Positions 1 through 15,170 of a stretch of DNA of 64,000 bases are shown one piece after another. How positions within the stretch are numbered: the stretch's first letter is position 1; every line of letters begins with the position of its first letter. Origin of the DNA: the human T2T-CHM13v2.0 reference genome, Homo sapiens. The stretch is taken from NCBI RefSeq assembly GCF_009914755.1, contig NC_060929.1. One strand, given 5' to 3'. The position numbers and the translations under genes were made by a program. The notes under the pieces are model-generated. The model made no database searches. It had not been told where the DNA came from and saw only the letters and a program-made list of their open reading frames with translations.

Positions 1-1904
1 GACTTCCTGCTGAGGCTGTTGACAAGATGTTTTGTTTAGTGCTTGTTCTATTCTATTTTTCCATATGAAGCAAGAGGAATACAGAAGCCAAAGTCAAACC
101 TGGCTGCTTTCCCTAGAGGTCCTAAGCACACATGCACAGCATGAACTCGATGGAAACACTTAAGCATGCAGAAGGATTTCTAAAGATTAACAACCTTGAG
201 GCATAAGATGGTGTCATTCAACAAAAGAAATTATTAAGATATTGATGCTTTTCAATCAGAATCATGGATCTTTTTCAATGTCAACTTTTTTGACATTTTT
301 TAGTTACATTTTTAAATGGTGTAATCTGGCTTGGGAAGAAGTTTAGTTTTGATATAGAATAAAAAATCAGAAATAATTTTTAGGAAACTCAGTGGATGAG
401 AGACCATGAGGAATGATAATGACATAGGATTAGATGTTTCCTCATATCCCATCAAAAAAGAATGAGATTCCCCCCTCCCCCCCTCCCCCGCCAGTAACTT
501 CAAGTTATGTTACAAAGGAAAAAGAATGTTGCAGGGGGAAGTGAGTGGGGACTTTTGAAGAGAGAGGGCTCACTTGGCCTTGAGTCCACCTTCAGCCTTG
601 GTTGGCCTGGAAGTCCAAGGAGCGTCCACCAGGCAGGGAGCCTGCAGGATCAGTGGATTATTTGCTTCCTCCTCCTGCCCTCAGGCTAGGTCCACTAACA
701 GGAGGACCCACACTCTCGTCATTTCAACACCCGGGCATCACACTAAATGGTTCCTTCATCCAGACGCAGAGAGTCTCTTTCCTAAGCTGGGGAAATACTA
801 TTCACGATCAATGGGAGACTTTCAACATGGCTGATCTACCTGGGAAGGAAACCAGACACAACCACGCTGTACCCTGGAGAAGGAACTAGGCTGGTGGATG
901 AATTAAAAGCCACTCTCTGGTCCTGATGTGTGCCTTGTGATTACAGAGCAGTGTTTACAACCACACTTCTTCAAAGACAGCAACAATGGTGAGAAAAAAG
1001 GATGTGATCCCTGATGAAAACCACACACACCAAATGCAAGTGGGACTCTGCCCTCCCTCTGCCTAAGCACACTATGCTATTTACTTGGTGGCAGTCCCCA
1101 GATTAAGGCAGGGCAGCATTAGAGGCTGTTCCCCACCGAGCCCCACATATGAGGCCAGGGAGCAGCCCCTGCTATGGACACTTTCGTCAGCCAGTGATGA
1201 CCAAACCCCTCCAGTCCAGAGAGTGGAGAAGGCATCCATCATCTCACACTGCCTTCCTCACCTTGAAGCCACCTCTTACTCCCACCGTGGACCAGGACAG
1301 AGAGGCAGGCTTCAGGCTGCCACTTTCCTCAGCATCACAAGGCCCTCTTCTGTGCTTCCGGGCTGATCTCTTGGCCCTGATGGCCGATGATACCAAGAGA
1401 AAGAGATGGGCTTAAGGAAAAAGGAAATTAAGTTTTGGGGTCATTCAAATATGTGTTCATTAGAGACTAGTTAGTGGAATGCTCGTGTTCTGTGAATTCA
1501 TGGTTTTACATTTCTCTTCCAGGATAATTTGCCCACACATTTTTCTAGCAGCTCCTTTGAAGCTTTTCAGGAGAAGTGTGAATGACCCTGATACTCATCT
1601 AGCTTTTCCCAATACTGTGCTTGACACTAGTAAAATCACCCAGTGTCCTTGGATGTCAGTAGAGCAAAATCGTTTCATGTGAAGAATCTCTAGCACGATG
1701 CTTTGCAGGCATCGTGCCTCTCCCTAGAAAGTTCTTCCTGAGGCAGTTGTATTGATATGGTATTGATATGATAAAACTGTTGTCCTTCTGAGTTCCTGTG
1801 GCACTCCCTGCGGATAATCTGCAACTCCTGTGCCTTTGTCGGAGCTGTTTGTCTGGTGCCTACTGCAGCCCCAGCTCCATGAGATTGAGATTCGCTTTCC
1901 TTTG

Positions 1905-1990
1905 CTCCCCTTGTATCCAGTGTGGAATGCAGAGCTGGGCACACAGAAGGTGCTTGATAAATGTGGTTTAATGAATGAAGAAATGAAATG
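1905..1990 (+). mobile_element. L2 3' end fragment
   Basis: gctgggcacacagaaggtgcttgataaatgtggtttaatgaatgaa is a typical L2 terminus. Confidence 0.7.
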
Positions 1991-2334
1991 ACGTCTGATC
2001 TCACTGGACTTCATCTTTACCCAGAGTATTTGTTCCTTGATTTCCATGAATTCATGTCAGTCTCATATAAGTGCTTTTAATTGTTCTTAACACTCTCCTC
2101 TCAAGATTTTAGAAGTGCCTGAGAAGTATGCAGTGAATTAGGTATTAAAATACTTGGCCATTCAAGTGCATCACCACAGATGCAGAGGTGAATGTTTATA
2201 AGTAGAGGTGACAATGAGAAACCAATCGCTCGCACCCCTACCTCTGCATACTCTTTCAGATGATTATTAATATATTTGAACTTTTTAAGTAAGACAGGCT
2301 TCATCTTAAAGTCATGTCAGTTTAATAACTGCAT

Positions 2335-2500
2335 GTGAGTTTTAGGCTGAGCATAGGGACAAGAAAGCTGCCAGACTCCCAGGTTTTGACCCACATGCTG
2401 CCGCCTGCCGTTGGGGGGATCTGGACAAGGTGCTTCACCTCTGGATTCTGTTTCCTTATCCATTAAATAGCTCATAGGACTGTTGCACAGTTATGTCAGC
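2335..2500 (+). mobile_element. MIR fragment
   Basis: MIR-core-like ctggacaaggtgcttcacctctggattctgtttccttatccattaaat. Confidence 0.6.
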
Positions 2501-3420
2501 TGTGTCGATGACTATTAACATAGAGAGGAAGAAAGCATGGCCCACGCAGCTGTGGTGAAATGGAAAAGTGTTTCGATAGTAGAGATCAGCGCCAATGTGC
2601 ATGTGGGCACTCACGCAACAAGAGCACATTGCATGGACACCTGGTTCAACCCACAGTCAAAGACAAGTCTTTAACATCATTTAACCACTTTTTAAAAAGA
2701 AGGCAGGGGTGGCATTTCAAGGAGAGAGAACAGAATGCAGGAAAGCACAGGCTTTTTCGAGAGCAGCAGACACACCCGCTCACTGTCCTGGGTTTGTCCT
2801 TTGCGGGAGTTTACCACCGCAGAAAGCAATCAGTGAAAGGCATGTTTCACTGAGGTTTTGGCTGTGCTCCTGATGTAGGTGCATTCTTATGTGAAGAGGT
2901 ATTTCAGCTGCCCTGGCTTCTGGGATTGAGAAAAACATCTGGTGGGCTTCCATAAATAATATCAGCCGAAGGCATTCTGACTCCCAGAGCTTCATGTTGT
3001 TCCGGGTATGGGTTAAATGTGTGCTCACGGCTACCTCTTAAATGAAGAACCTGTTTGTGAAACGACAGAGCCAAAATCCCTTATGAACCAGAAAAAGATA
3101 AATAAATAAAAATAAAATGGATCCAAACACAAACCCAAATATCAAATGTTACAGAATCTAGAACACAATATTCCTTTTGATAAAACCAACTGAGTCTATT
3201 TCAACATCTGCCTTTTAAAAGGGATAGAATTGTGAAAATACGCAGTGTGAAATTTTCCCATTTCTCTAGTTAATGTTGGACTCTGGAACACAACGCCTAT
3301 GAAGGCAGGAATTTATATACACCTATTAATATTTAGGTAATAGTAAAGTCATTATCACCTTAAAATTAACACTGTTCAGCAAGAAGTACCATTTTTTCTT
3401 ATCTTTGAAGTGATTTCTTT

Positions 3421-3639
3421 CTTTCTCTCTCTCTTTCTTTTTTCTTTCTTTTTTTTTTTTTTTGACAGGGTCTTGCTCTGTTGCCTGGGCTGGAGTGCAG
3501 TGGTGCGATCTTGGGTGGTTGCAGAGACAGGGTTTAACTGTGTTTCCTAGGCTGGGCTTGAACTCCTGGGCTCAAAAGATCCACCTGTCTGTACCTCTCA
3601 AAGTGCTGGGACTACATGTGTGAGCCACCATGCCTGACC
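3421..3639 (-). mobile_element. AluJ-like element with large internal deletion
   Basis: Poly-T tail and the right-arm end (gacagggtcttgctctgttgcctgggctggagtgcagtgg) join directly to left-arm sequence (agagacagggttt...gagccaccatgcctgacc). About 120 nt is missing. Confidence 0.85.
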
Positions 3640-3710
3640 AAAAATTGCAGCCTTATTATTATTATTATTTTTTAAAGTATACTACTGCATTCAGAGGAAG
3701 AGAGGGTTTA

Positions 3711-4014
3711 TTTATTTTTTTAAGACAGGCTCTCATTTAGTCACCCAGGCTGGAATGGAGTACAGTGGCACCATCACAGCTTACTGCAGCCTCAGCCTCC
3801 CAGGCACAAGTGATCCTCCCACCCCAGCCTCCCGAGTAACTGGGACCACAGGCGCACACCACCATGCCTTTCTGTGGCTAATTTTTGTGGTTTTTGTAGA
3901 GATGAGGTTCCATCATATTACCCAGGCTGGTCTCGAACTCCTGGGCTCAAGCAATTCTTCTACCTTGGCCTCCCAAAGTGCTAGGATTACAGGTGTGAGC
4001 CACCGTGCCTGGCC
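3711..4014 (-). mobile_element. AluJ, full length
   Basis: Dimeric Alu with J-type features (gcagcctcagcctcc, ctcctgggctcaagcaatt). Confidence 0.9.
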
Positions 4015-5522
4015 TGAAGTGATTTTAAAGTAATGCAAAGCCTGTTAAGTGTGTAGTTTTTATTGGTTTTCATGATAGCAGTGATTGAATCTCATTGTTT
4101 TAAATAGCATGGTACATGTCATGTCGTAAGGGTGTTATAAACCTGAAACTTAATCCTGGGTGTAAATAAGGCTTAGAAAGACCACGTCCCGTGCAAATCA
4201 TGGAGTCCCATATAAATGCGAGGGAGCTGCTGGTGCAGTAGGCAGTGGTGCTTTAATTATTGTCAGGCAGTGGACTTGCTCATTAGAGGCCCAGTTTGCA
4301 CGAACATACAGGGGAGAGCACAAGGTTTCAGGCGACCATCCCCCTGATGGGTTGGAGCCGAGGACTGTGCAGGAAGATGTTATGTAATTCAAGAAAGCCC
4401 CACTGAGCCAACGCAGATGCTAAAATAATTCATGTTCGTAGCTCACGGATATGCATCTTTCCTATTGAGATTGTCCTCTTTCAGTAAGGAGAAAAGCAAA
4501 CAAAGGCATTTAGAACTTGGAGGGTCTTATTGTGGTAAGAGCCCATTCTACAATACACTGCTCCACTAGATGCTGATTTATGTCTTTGTTGAATACACAA
4601 GTATAAAACGGAGTCCCAAAACAATATTTGTTTTTAAATGAATAATTCACTCATTTTCCCTGCATGAGCTTTTCTCATCTGAAGCGCTGGCCTTTCAGAT
4701 TAAATAAATTTAATGTTTCAAAAGAATATGGACATGAATATTCATAAGGACCAAAACAGTGAATATAAATAAAAGCCCTTTTATATAACATTTTATTTTT
4801 TTTTTTATGAAGACCTTACCTTTTTTTTTTCCCCACTTCTGAGATGGTACAATTCAAAGCAATTTTCCAGGACATCATTTCTTCTACAAAGCCAACCTGT
4901 TATTGAGGGCGTGATCACTTATTTTCCAAATTGTTTCATGCATCACTATTTTCCTTTACATACATAGAAATAAGGTAGTATTTGCCAATGGCATAGTCTA
5001 TTAGCCATAGATTCAGCCTAGTATGGTGCCAAACACTCAACAAAGTGTGTAAACAGTTGGAAGAATGCCAAATATGAAGTTAAAAAATCATGTACCTTCA
5101 AAAATGTATAACTAGTTTTTACATATAAAATATGCAGACTATTTTTAGATGTTTTTATATATAGGCCAGTGATTTAAAAGTTAAAAGCCGTCATACATAC
5201 AACACTTATGTTATTATATACTGGATAAACAAGCAGCAAAGATTCCCTTATCTCCCCAGTCCTTAACAGTAGGATGAAACAGCTGGCATTTGAACAGAAA
5301 AAGAAAGATAAATAAAAATGAAGGCCATGGTTACCATTGCCCGAGAAAAAAATGGTTTAAGAAAAGCCAGGGCACTGTGATATTTGATTATTTGTTTTGA
5401 TGGAATCGTCAGTGTATTCCTATTTAAGTAATTCCTAAGTCCGAGTGTATTGTTTTATAATACTAGCTACCTAAGTGCTGTAACTTTCTCTTTGAACACG
5501 TGGGCTTAGAATAAATCCTTGA

Positions 5523-5870
<348 letters not shown>

Positions 5871-5990
5871 TTCTTGACTGATGTCTACACGCCAAGTTAC
5901 AGAGGTGGGGATTTCTTCACACGCGGGAGGGCTTGTGTTCTTCCAGTGCACATCGAAAGGGAGCCAGGGAGAGGTAAAAATGGTAACAAA

Positions 5991-6334
<344 letters not shown>

Positions 6335-7096
6335 TTACTACCTTCTGAAATAAATGATTAAAAAATCATTACAAGGTACATTATTTTCTCCTAATTATGT
6401 AACTAGAAAAATAAGAAGGAGGCACTTTCTGATAAACATTGCTTTACCTCGTTGCTTCCAAATAAACTTTCTTTCTTTGCATTTGATGAGAAAGGTAATT
6501 TTTAAGGAAAAGGACCTCCTGGTGTTGGAACGAGGTGTTTTTGTTAGGACAGATGGATTCTCAAGGTTCTGTGTATTTTGAACAACATGAATACCCCGTG
6601 TACTGAGTGAGCTTACCTCATGGTGTTCCATTAACCTTCAGGGATTATGTATGAATAATGTTCGACTTCAGCAGATCATGGCCTCTTTTTATGTTGCCTT
6701 ATGACTTTAGGCGACTACTTAACCCCTCAGTACCTTGTTTTTCCCAATTGTAAAATTAAAAAAAAACTTGCCAATAAAGCCTGCTTATAAAATATTTTCA
6801 GGTAGACAAAAGATAATTTTAAGCTGACAATTTTTTTTTCTATATACTGAGAGATATTTGTGTAATATTTCACTTTTTTCAGTTCTTCTTCTGATGTTTC
6901 TAAAGACTTTATCATACAATTCAAAGAGCTTGGGAAGCCTGGACATTATGGGTAAATGGCTACCTTAGAAGCTGTGTTTACCAATTATTTTTCCAATGGG
7001 TAAACATTTTGCCTAAGTCCTTCTTTGCCAGTCACGAGCATAATTACCAATTTTTAGGTTTGTGTTACCGTAACATCTTACTTCTGACCAAAGTTT

Positions 7097-7595
7097 TATT
7101 AGTTAGGTTTCTGCTCTGATAAATAATACTGAATAACAAGCCCCAAATCTCAGTGGCTATTGCAATATAATTTATTTCATATTTCACACCCCCTCGTCTT
7201 CAGGTCGGCTGAGTTTGTCTGATCTGTGTTAGCCTTCTCCACAAGCTCAGCAGGAAGGATGAACTCCAGAATTTGGTTTGGGTCCAGATCTGCTCCATGT
7301 GTATTTAACCCAGGACTCAGTTGAAGAGATGTGACTTTCTGGACCACAACTGTCTCATTGTGGAAATCCAGAGCTCCAAGAGGGCTGGCAAAAATATGGA
7401 CTGAGGCTTCTAAAAGCCCCAGTTCTGAACTGGCAAGGTGTTGTTGCCACCCATATTCTATTACTCAATGTGAGTCACACAGCCAGGTCCATGCCCAGGT
7501 GGGTGGGGAGCACACTTCACCTGCCGGCTTCCATGGCCGGGTGAGGAAGGAGAAGGAACTGTGGTCTGATCAGGCATTCCACCACATCTTCTACA
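7097..7595 (-). mobile_element. Old MaLR LTR (MLT1J/K/L-like)
   Basis: tattagttagg...aacaagccccaaatctcagtggct...atttatttc, and later catattctattactcaatgtgagtcacacagccagg. Confidence 0.65.
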
Positions 7596-9254
7596 TTAGG
7601 AAACCGAGGAAAATGCAAGGAAGGGGCATTGTGTTTTCGTCCTCATGTTGGCCAAGAAAACCCCCTCCAAAAGAAGTCTTTCACAATCTGAATAGGTACT
7701 GGGGGACACAGGAGTACTATGTGGGAATGGTGCACTATGATTCCAGGCCCAAGGAACAGAGTTTGCTTTAACTACGAAGATGGAGATGATAGCCCACATT
7801 CAGTCATAAGACAGTCATTTGTTAATTATTGGTAGAAAGTTTGCAGACTTTAACTAAACAAATTAGGCTTTCAGAGAGATCCTGAAGTTAATAATGTTTG
7901 TGTTAGGGAAAAAAAGAAGGTTTGGGAAATCAGTGGACAAGTTTGGAAATAGGGCTTCACTCTGGAAGACTTCAGAGCTCTTAAGAGCAGGGAGCTTGTG
8001 CTATCTCTAATAGCTAAGAAAATGCATGTATATTGTAGAGTTAAAACCAGTACTGGTGAATAAATGAATGCATGCATGGTGAATGGAGAGGGAAGATGAC
8101 ACATATGGTATATGGATATTCACAGCAAAAGAAGGAATCAGGATTAGGAGAAGAGGAGGAGAAATGGGGTCAGAATCCACAGCCACCGTCCTTTCGCACA
8201 GCGTAGAGGCTGAGGGTTCAGAACAGATGAAGAGCTGGAGAAGACAGTCAGCCGTCTGTATTCCCTCAGGACACCCATTTTTTTTAATGTTATATCCTAC
8301 TATTCTTTTTCTCAAGCTTTTTAAAATGCATGACATACCTCCTACCTATTTTAAATTTTAAAAAGCACAGTGAAAGTTATTGTTTTACCTCTGATTCCAT
8401 CATCAATCTCTCTAACTCTGAATAACATTTTCAGAAGAAGAATGAAAGCTACCCAGTGATTCATGATTTGATCGTTACTCTTTTGAAGCCCTGGCTTTCC
8501 ATCAAAGAACATAATATGTATTCTTTTGCTTAATAATATAACATTTAAAGAAATATTTTCACATTCTATAGAGTTGATATTCTAAGCCTAAGGTAACTGT
8601 ATGGGAAAGATAAAATCTTTTATACAATCTAGTCATCAACATGTTCCTGAGCTTTTATTTTTAATTATGATCATAAAAGGTTTTATTAAGTAGTGTAAAG
8701 TGAATTTCCAAGAATTTCCAATTATGCTTTTCACCGTAAGAAAGATGGCATTCTACTTAAGATGGTCAGGTATTGAATAAGAGGTATTATTTGGTGATGC
8801 AAACGGACAGTTTGGTTACCTTTTCTGAAACAAGAGCTCTCCGTCAGTAAAACAGAAGTAGCAGAATGGGGTAATGATGACACAGAGAAGGTCTGAAAAA
8901 GGCCAGAGTCTCATGTCCTCTGTAATTGTTGATGTGGTCCTTTTTCTTATTAAGTAGAAATGAAATTTAAAGGAAATATGTATTTTTTCAATGGTTTTTA
9001 TTTTAAAATCAACTTGGTTTGGAGGTGTCAAGAAATAGAAACTAGTAACCAAGTCAAAAGATGCATAATTATTCTTCCTAGTTCACTGATTCATTGATTT
9101 AGTCAACGTTTATTTAGCGCCAGACTTTGAGTAGAACTGCATGGCAGAGCTGAATGAATGATCCTTATCTGGTTGGAATATTGGAAACTCCCCTGCAGTG
9201 GCTGTCACTATAGCAAGAGTAACTCTGATCACAGGACTCACTGACAACCCTTCG

Positions 9255-9400
9255 GAGCAGTGTGGGTCACAGGCACAGCACCTGGGAAGCAGGGTTACCA
9301 TAGAGGCTGATTCAGTCAATTTAGGGCGGGGTCCAAGAGAGTATATTCCTAACAAGTTCCCAGGTGTGGCTAGGCTCAGGCCCAAGCACCATACTTGGTG
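9255..9400. mobile_element. MER5-like hAT-Charlie fragment
   Basis: ctgattcagtcaatttagggcggggtccaagagagtatattcctaacaagttcccaggtg. Confidence 0.7.
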
Positions 9401-10122
9401 GTAACAAAGATCTTGAGCTCCACAAAATCAAATAGGATGCAGTGTCATTGTTGTTCCAGGAAATCATGGGAAGTACTGAGGATGCTGGTACCTCCCACTC
9501 TGTCAGTGAACTGGGGAGAAAAGGGCAGATGGTGCAGCTCTCCAGGTAAAAGTCATGAGACCCAGGTTACCAAATGTACAGAACATACAGTGGATGCAAA
9601 GGAGTTGATTTAATTTTCATTACTTGTTCTAAGGTGGTTTTACTTACTTACAGTGTGTGTGTGTCTTTTAGTGAAGAACACGATATGAAGAGTTGTGATA
9701 CTCTGCTTTGTTACTGCAAAGAGGTTAAGATGAGCAGGGATAAAATGACTGCCATCGAGGTGCTGCCTGAGGCACTAGGGAATTAACACGTGTGTGCAGC
9801 ACCTGACACATGCCCTGGACTTCCACGTCGCTGAGAACCTGCCTCTGCTCAGTCAGCCTCCTTGGGGCTTCCCTACTCATAACCTTCAAGTGTTACTATG
9901 CCTGAAGTGTTTCCTTCCTTCTTTCAGCAAATCTTCATTGAGGTTTTTTAGGTGCTGGGTAGAATTCACAAATGCAGGGACCCATCCCAACAGTGTCCTT
10001 GTCCCCATAGAGCCTGCATATATATGGGGGAAGACAGAAGATAAAAATTTTCAAAAATATAAAAAAAATTAAAAATGTAAAAATAAACATTCTAATTGCA
10101 ATAATGATATAAAGAATGTAGG

Positions 10123-10469
<347 letters not shown>

Positions 10470-10760
10470 TCAGGGGGATTCTCTCTGGGGAGGTGACAAT
10501 TGAGTGGTAAGCTTGAATGACAAGAAACAGCCAGCCAAGGAAAGATTTGGGGAAGGACTTTGGGGCAGAAAAACAACCACTGCAAAGGTCTTGCAGTTGC
10601 TCAGGGACCAGCAGGAGGGCCGGTGTAGAGGGAGTATGAACATGGCAGTGATGGGAGTTGGTAGGATGGGAGACTGGAGATAGCACCAGGACTAGATCAT
10701 GAGAGACCCTTATTGGCATGATAAGGACTTTGAATTTATTCTAAGTGTTACAGAAAATCA

Positions 10761-11069
<309 letters not shown>

Positions 11070-11906
11070 GAAAACCATCAGAGGGCTATAAACAGAGGAG
11101 GATTACTGTTATCAGATTTAACTTTTTAACATATTGTTTTGACTTCTGTGTGGAAAATTCATTCTAGGGGACACTGGTGTAAGAAAGGCTGTTTGGATGC
11201 TGTTGTAGGAATCCAGGGATGATCATGTGATTTGGATGATGTTGTAGCCACAGGCAGGAGGGAGTACATGGGCTCTGGATGTTTTTGTAGGGATGGAAAG
11301 AATGAGGAAGAGAAAACTATTAAGAATAGTTCCTAGGTTTGGGGATTAGGGGTTTTATTAAATGAGATGGGAGAGAGTACAAGAAGGACAGAGATTCATT
11401 GGAGTTGGGGCATAAAATATTCCTTGTGAAAATTGCATCCACATATTCCAGGCCTGTTTTGATAATCTAGAGTCTCTGTGTCATGTCTTCCTGTAAATAA
11501 TATTAACAATTTGGTCATAAGGTCTGTGTAATCCACTATGGTATATGAACATGGGAATTAGGAGTTCGACCTTAGAGCTGAGCCAGTGGAGCTCAGCCTG
11601 CAGCCCCATGTGAAGTTCTGTGAAGCCTGGGGAAGCCAGAGTCATTGAAAAGAGAATGGAATCTAAGAGACCTGTGGAAGCATCTGGAAGCATTGAGACC
11701 TGAACTGCTGCTGAAACCTGGTCCAGAGATCCAGACCTCTGTAGAGGAGATGAGGAGATGTCAGACTGGAGACACAGTAGACCCTCTCTTGGTTGTATAC
11801 TTGTGGGTCCGCCTGGGTCTTTGACATGGGAAGAGGTGATTTCTCAACTGAACCAGAGCTGGGATGTGATGGAATTTCAGTGAGGGAGAATATGTGGAAA
11901 ATACAT

Positions 11907-11908
<2 letters not shown>

Positions 11909-11963
<55 letters not shown>

Positions 11964-11980
11964 CAAGAGAGAGAGAGAGA
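11909..11980 (+). repeat. Compound microsatellite (CA)n(GA)n
   Basis: About 15 CA units directly followed by an interrupted GA run. Confidence 0.97.
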
Positions 11981-13365
11981 AAGATCTGGGGAGAGAGGAG
12001 AAGAGAAAAGAAGTTAAACTTGAGAAATAGGGTAATCATAAAGAGATACTCAAAGAATCTGTAACACTGACAGTTTAGCATTAGACATTGGGATGGATGA
12101 GGTTCCCCCAATTAAACAGAAGATGGCTTTACACAGTTGTGATATTTGTATGAAAAGAACTTGTGACTCAGAGTAATCCTTATGTGAAGTATTATCAAGG
12201 AACAAGATAAGAAAATAATCATCTAGGTGAAAACATGTTTATTGTTTTGCAGATTTTGTTATCGAAAATGTTAAAGTACATTTCCACTATACAGCTTTCT
12301 AGTTATGTTTCCAGAAAGTTTAAACAATGTACCTAATTAATAAATGGTATCAAAGTCATCAGTATTCTCAAAGTCATCAATTCTTTGAGATATAGATGAC
12401 ATCCAATGAGAAAACATTACTTTGAACTTAGAACTTACCATTAAGAATGCTCAATTAGATTAATATGTTTAAGAATTCTAAATTTCCTTGGACTATTTTT
12501 ACTAAATTTTGGCATTTCTAGTTGTATTCTGCAACAACAATGAGATACAATGTATAAGAACTATACTGCGGTACTATTGTTGGAAGGTATAATTCCTGTG
12601 GTTTTTGGTAAAATCTGTGTCTTTGAAAATTAAGTTACTACTGTAAATACAATGGTATTTCTAATTTCTTAGATTTTTTGGAGAGAAAAATGATTTTAAT
12701 TGCTCTGCCTTTGGTTATAAAATACATTATGTTCACTGAGATGTTATTTCCTTTAATGTTACTAGCCTAACAAAAATAGGAAGTATTTCTCTGATGGTGT
12801 GTTCTCCACAGAACCACTGTGCTTTCTGTAGCTAATCTTGATTAGCTTGCTGATTCTGCTTGCTTATACATTCCAGGGAAGAATGCAACAAATGGAAACT
12901 CTCCATTCATACATTAGAGTTGAGTGTCATTTGAAAGATAAAACCAGAAGCTTCATCTTTTAATCTATGATTGGCATATTTGGGAATATTTTGGCCTGTC
13001 ATTGCACTCTGAAAGAAATACTGAGCCACACTGTGAAAGTCCATGGACCTTGAAGCAGAGGCCTGAGACAGAGTGGAACCCTGATAGACCTGATGTGTGT
13101 AGAATCAAGTCAGGACCTATCCATGACCGTGATCTACATTTGCTTAAGCTGTACCTCAACTCTTCTCCATTTTCATAGTAATTTTATGTCCAAAAAGTAA
13201 AAATAGAATATTTCTATCAAATTAGTTTGGATTTATAAATTGTAAGTAACCTTGATATTATAGACACTTGCCTTTCATGTCTGACTCAGGAATGGAACAT
13301 GGGATGTGAAGTGGGCAGAAAATACTTGAGATCTAAACCCTGGTTTGCTTACAGCATAAACCTGA

Positions 13366-13830
13366 TGTTATGGGTTGAATTGTGTTCTCCAAGAAACATA
13401 TATTGAAGTCCTAATCCGCAGTACTTGTGAATGTGACCCTTATTTGAAAATAGGGTCTTTGCAGATGTCATCAGGTTAAGATGAAGTCATACTGGATTTA
13501 GGATCAGTCCCAAATCCAATGACTGGGGTCTTTATAGCAAGAGGGAAATTTGGACAGAGATACACGGAGAAGAGAACGCTGTGCAGAGGCACAGACACAT
13601 GGGAGCAAGGCCATGTAAGATGGCAGTGGAGTGATCAGAGGTTGCTCAGGATTGCTGGGAGCCACCAGAATCTGCAATAGATTCTTCCTCAAAGCCTCCA
13701 GGAGGAACAAACCCTGCTGACACCTTGATTTTAAATTTTTAGCCTCCCAACTGTGAGAGAAAAATTTTTTATTGTTTAAAGCCACCCACTTTGTGATAAT
13801 TTGTTACATCAGCCTCAAGAAGCTAATGCA
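13366..13830 (+). mobile_element. MaLR solo LTR, MLT1C-like, full length (465 bp)
   Basis: TG...CA termini (tgttatgggttgaattgtg ... agctaatgca) and 5-bp TSD cctga / cttga. Confidence 0.9.
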
Positions 13831-14565
13831 CTTGACACATGATCTGAAGAAGCCATGAAATCATTGGAGCAGCTCGTCTTCCAAGTCCTATGCTTTCTGC
13901 AGCCTGCCTTTGAAGAGATGGATTAAATGGTCCCTTCCACTCTACCTTTGTTCGGCTGCACAATTATGCCACTGCCTTTTAAAAAATTCAGCTCAGAATC
14001 TCATTAGCACAAGGAGCTCTTACTGCACACTCACCCAGGGGGTTATGCCCACCCTCCAGAAAGAAGATGAGCTTGAGCTTGGCTCCACAAAAGAGCTTTC
14101 TTCATGAAAAAGTGGTGACAGTGTTCATGTTCTCCTTGCCTAGTGAGTTTTTGTTGTATCAAACTCTTCAAAAATGGCCTTCTTTGGAAGATCTTATGTT
14201 TTGGGGTAGGCAGGAGCAGATGTGCTGAGTCAAGAGAGTTGAGTGGGGGATTTGCAAGGGGCCAGCTTCTCTGGGCTGAGAACACGGGCTGCCCAAACTG
14301 AGCCTGCTCCTGATTCAACCCAGTATCTGCTGTTGCCTGCCATAGGCATCTGACAAATGTCTGTCCAGTTGAGTGTTTCAGTGTAATTGATCTACTAAAT
14401 AAAGAAATGGTAATTTGAAGATTAGCATGTCTATAGCTAATGGCGAGTCCAGTTGGAACAAGGAGGATGTTGGAATGTTTTTAGAGATGCATTTGGTGAG
14501 TAGATGCTAATGAGGTGGTCATGGCTTGGTTCATATTAGGATGTATAATAGTCTTTCCTGCAGAC

Positions 14566-14940
14566 AGCAAATATTCATGAGGCATCTACCATATGTGAGG
14601 TACTGTCCTGGGCACTGGGGTCTCGGCTATGAGTGAATCAAGTTCCTGGTTTTGTCACTATGCTTACCCATGTCAAGGGAGAAAATTAACAAATAAATGG
14701 GGACTTTAAATGCTGTGAATAAGTAAAGCCAATGAAGAGGACTAGAGGGTGTGGGTGGAGGCAGGGGAGGGTTTTCCATTTTGTGCAGGTGGTCTGAGGC
14801 AAGCTACAGGAGGTTTTCATCCAAGGGAGAAACACGTGAGACCTGTGCATTCAGAATCATGCATCTGGCAGTAGAATGCTATCTGGATTAGAGAAAGGAT
14901 GGTGTTGGAGCAAGGAAGAACTGAAGGAGCATTACTGCAG
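14566..14940 (-). mobile_element. L2 3' fragment
   Basis: cagcaaatattcatgaggcatctaccatatgtgaggtactgtcctgggcactgggg. Confidence 0.7.
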
Positions 14941-15009
14941 CAGCATTAGACAAGGGCTCCCATCCTGCCAGGAGGGAGAGCATCAGTGGGGAAATACTAG
15001 AGTCAAAGA

Positions 15010-15170
15010 TGGTGCACCCATTGCCATGGAATATTTTGCAGCTAGTAAAAAGTAAATAATATATTTGTGATTATAGACCTGGAAAGAGGCCCATGATGTA
15101 TAGTTGATTGAAAAAATGCAAATTGCAGAGTATTATATATAAAAGCACCCAATTTTTATAAATATGACAT
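15010..15170 (+). mobile_element. Old L1M 3' fragment
   Basis: catggaatattttgcagctagtaaaaag...gttgattgaaaaaatgcaaattgcagag. Confidence 0.6.

Noticed and set aside
12350-12380. Short direct repeats (tcaaagtcatca x2; similar at about 42116-42155 and 50443-50475)
   Set aside because: Ordinary slippage-type micro-duplications with only two copies; not an array.
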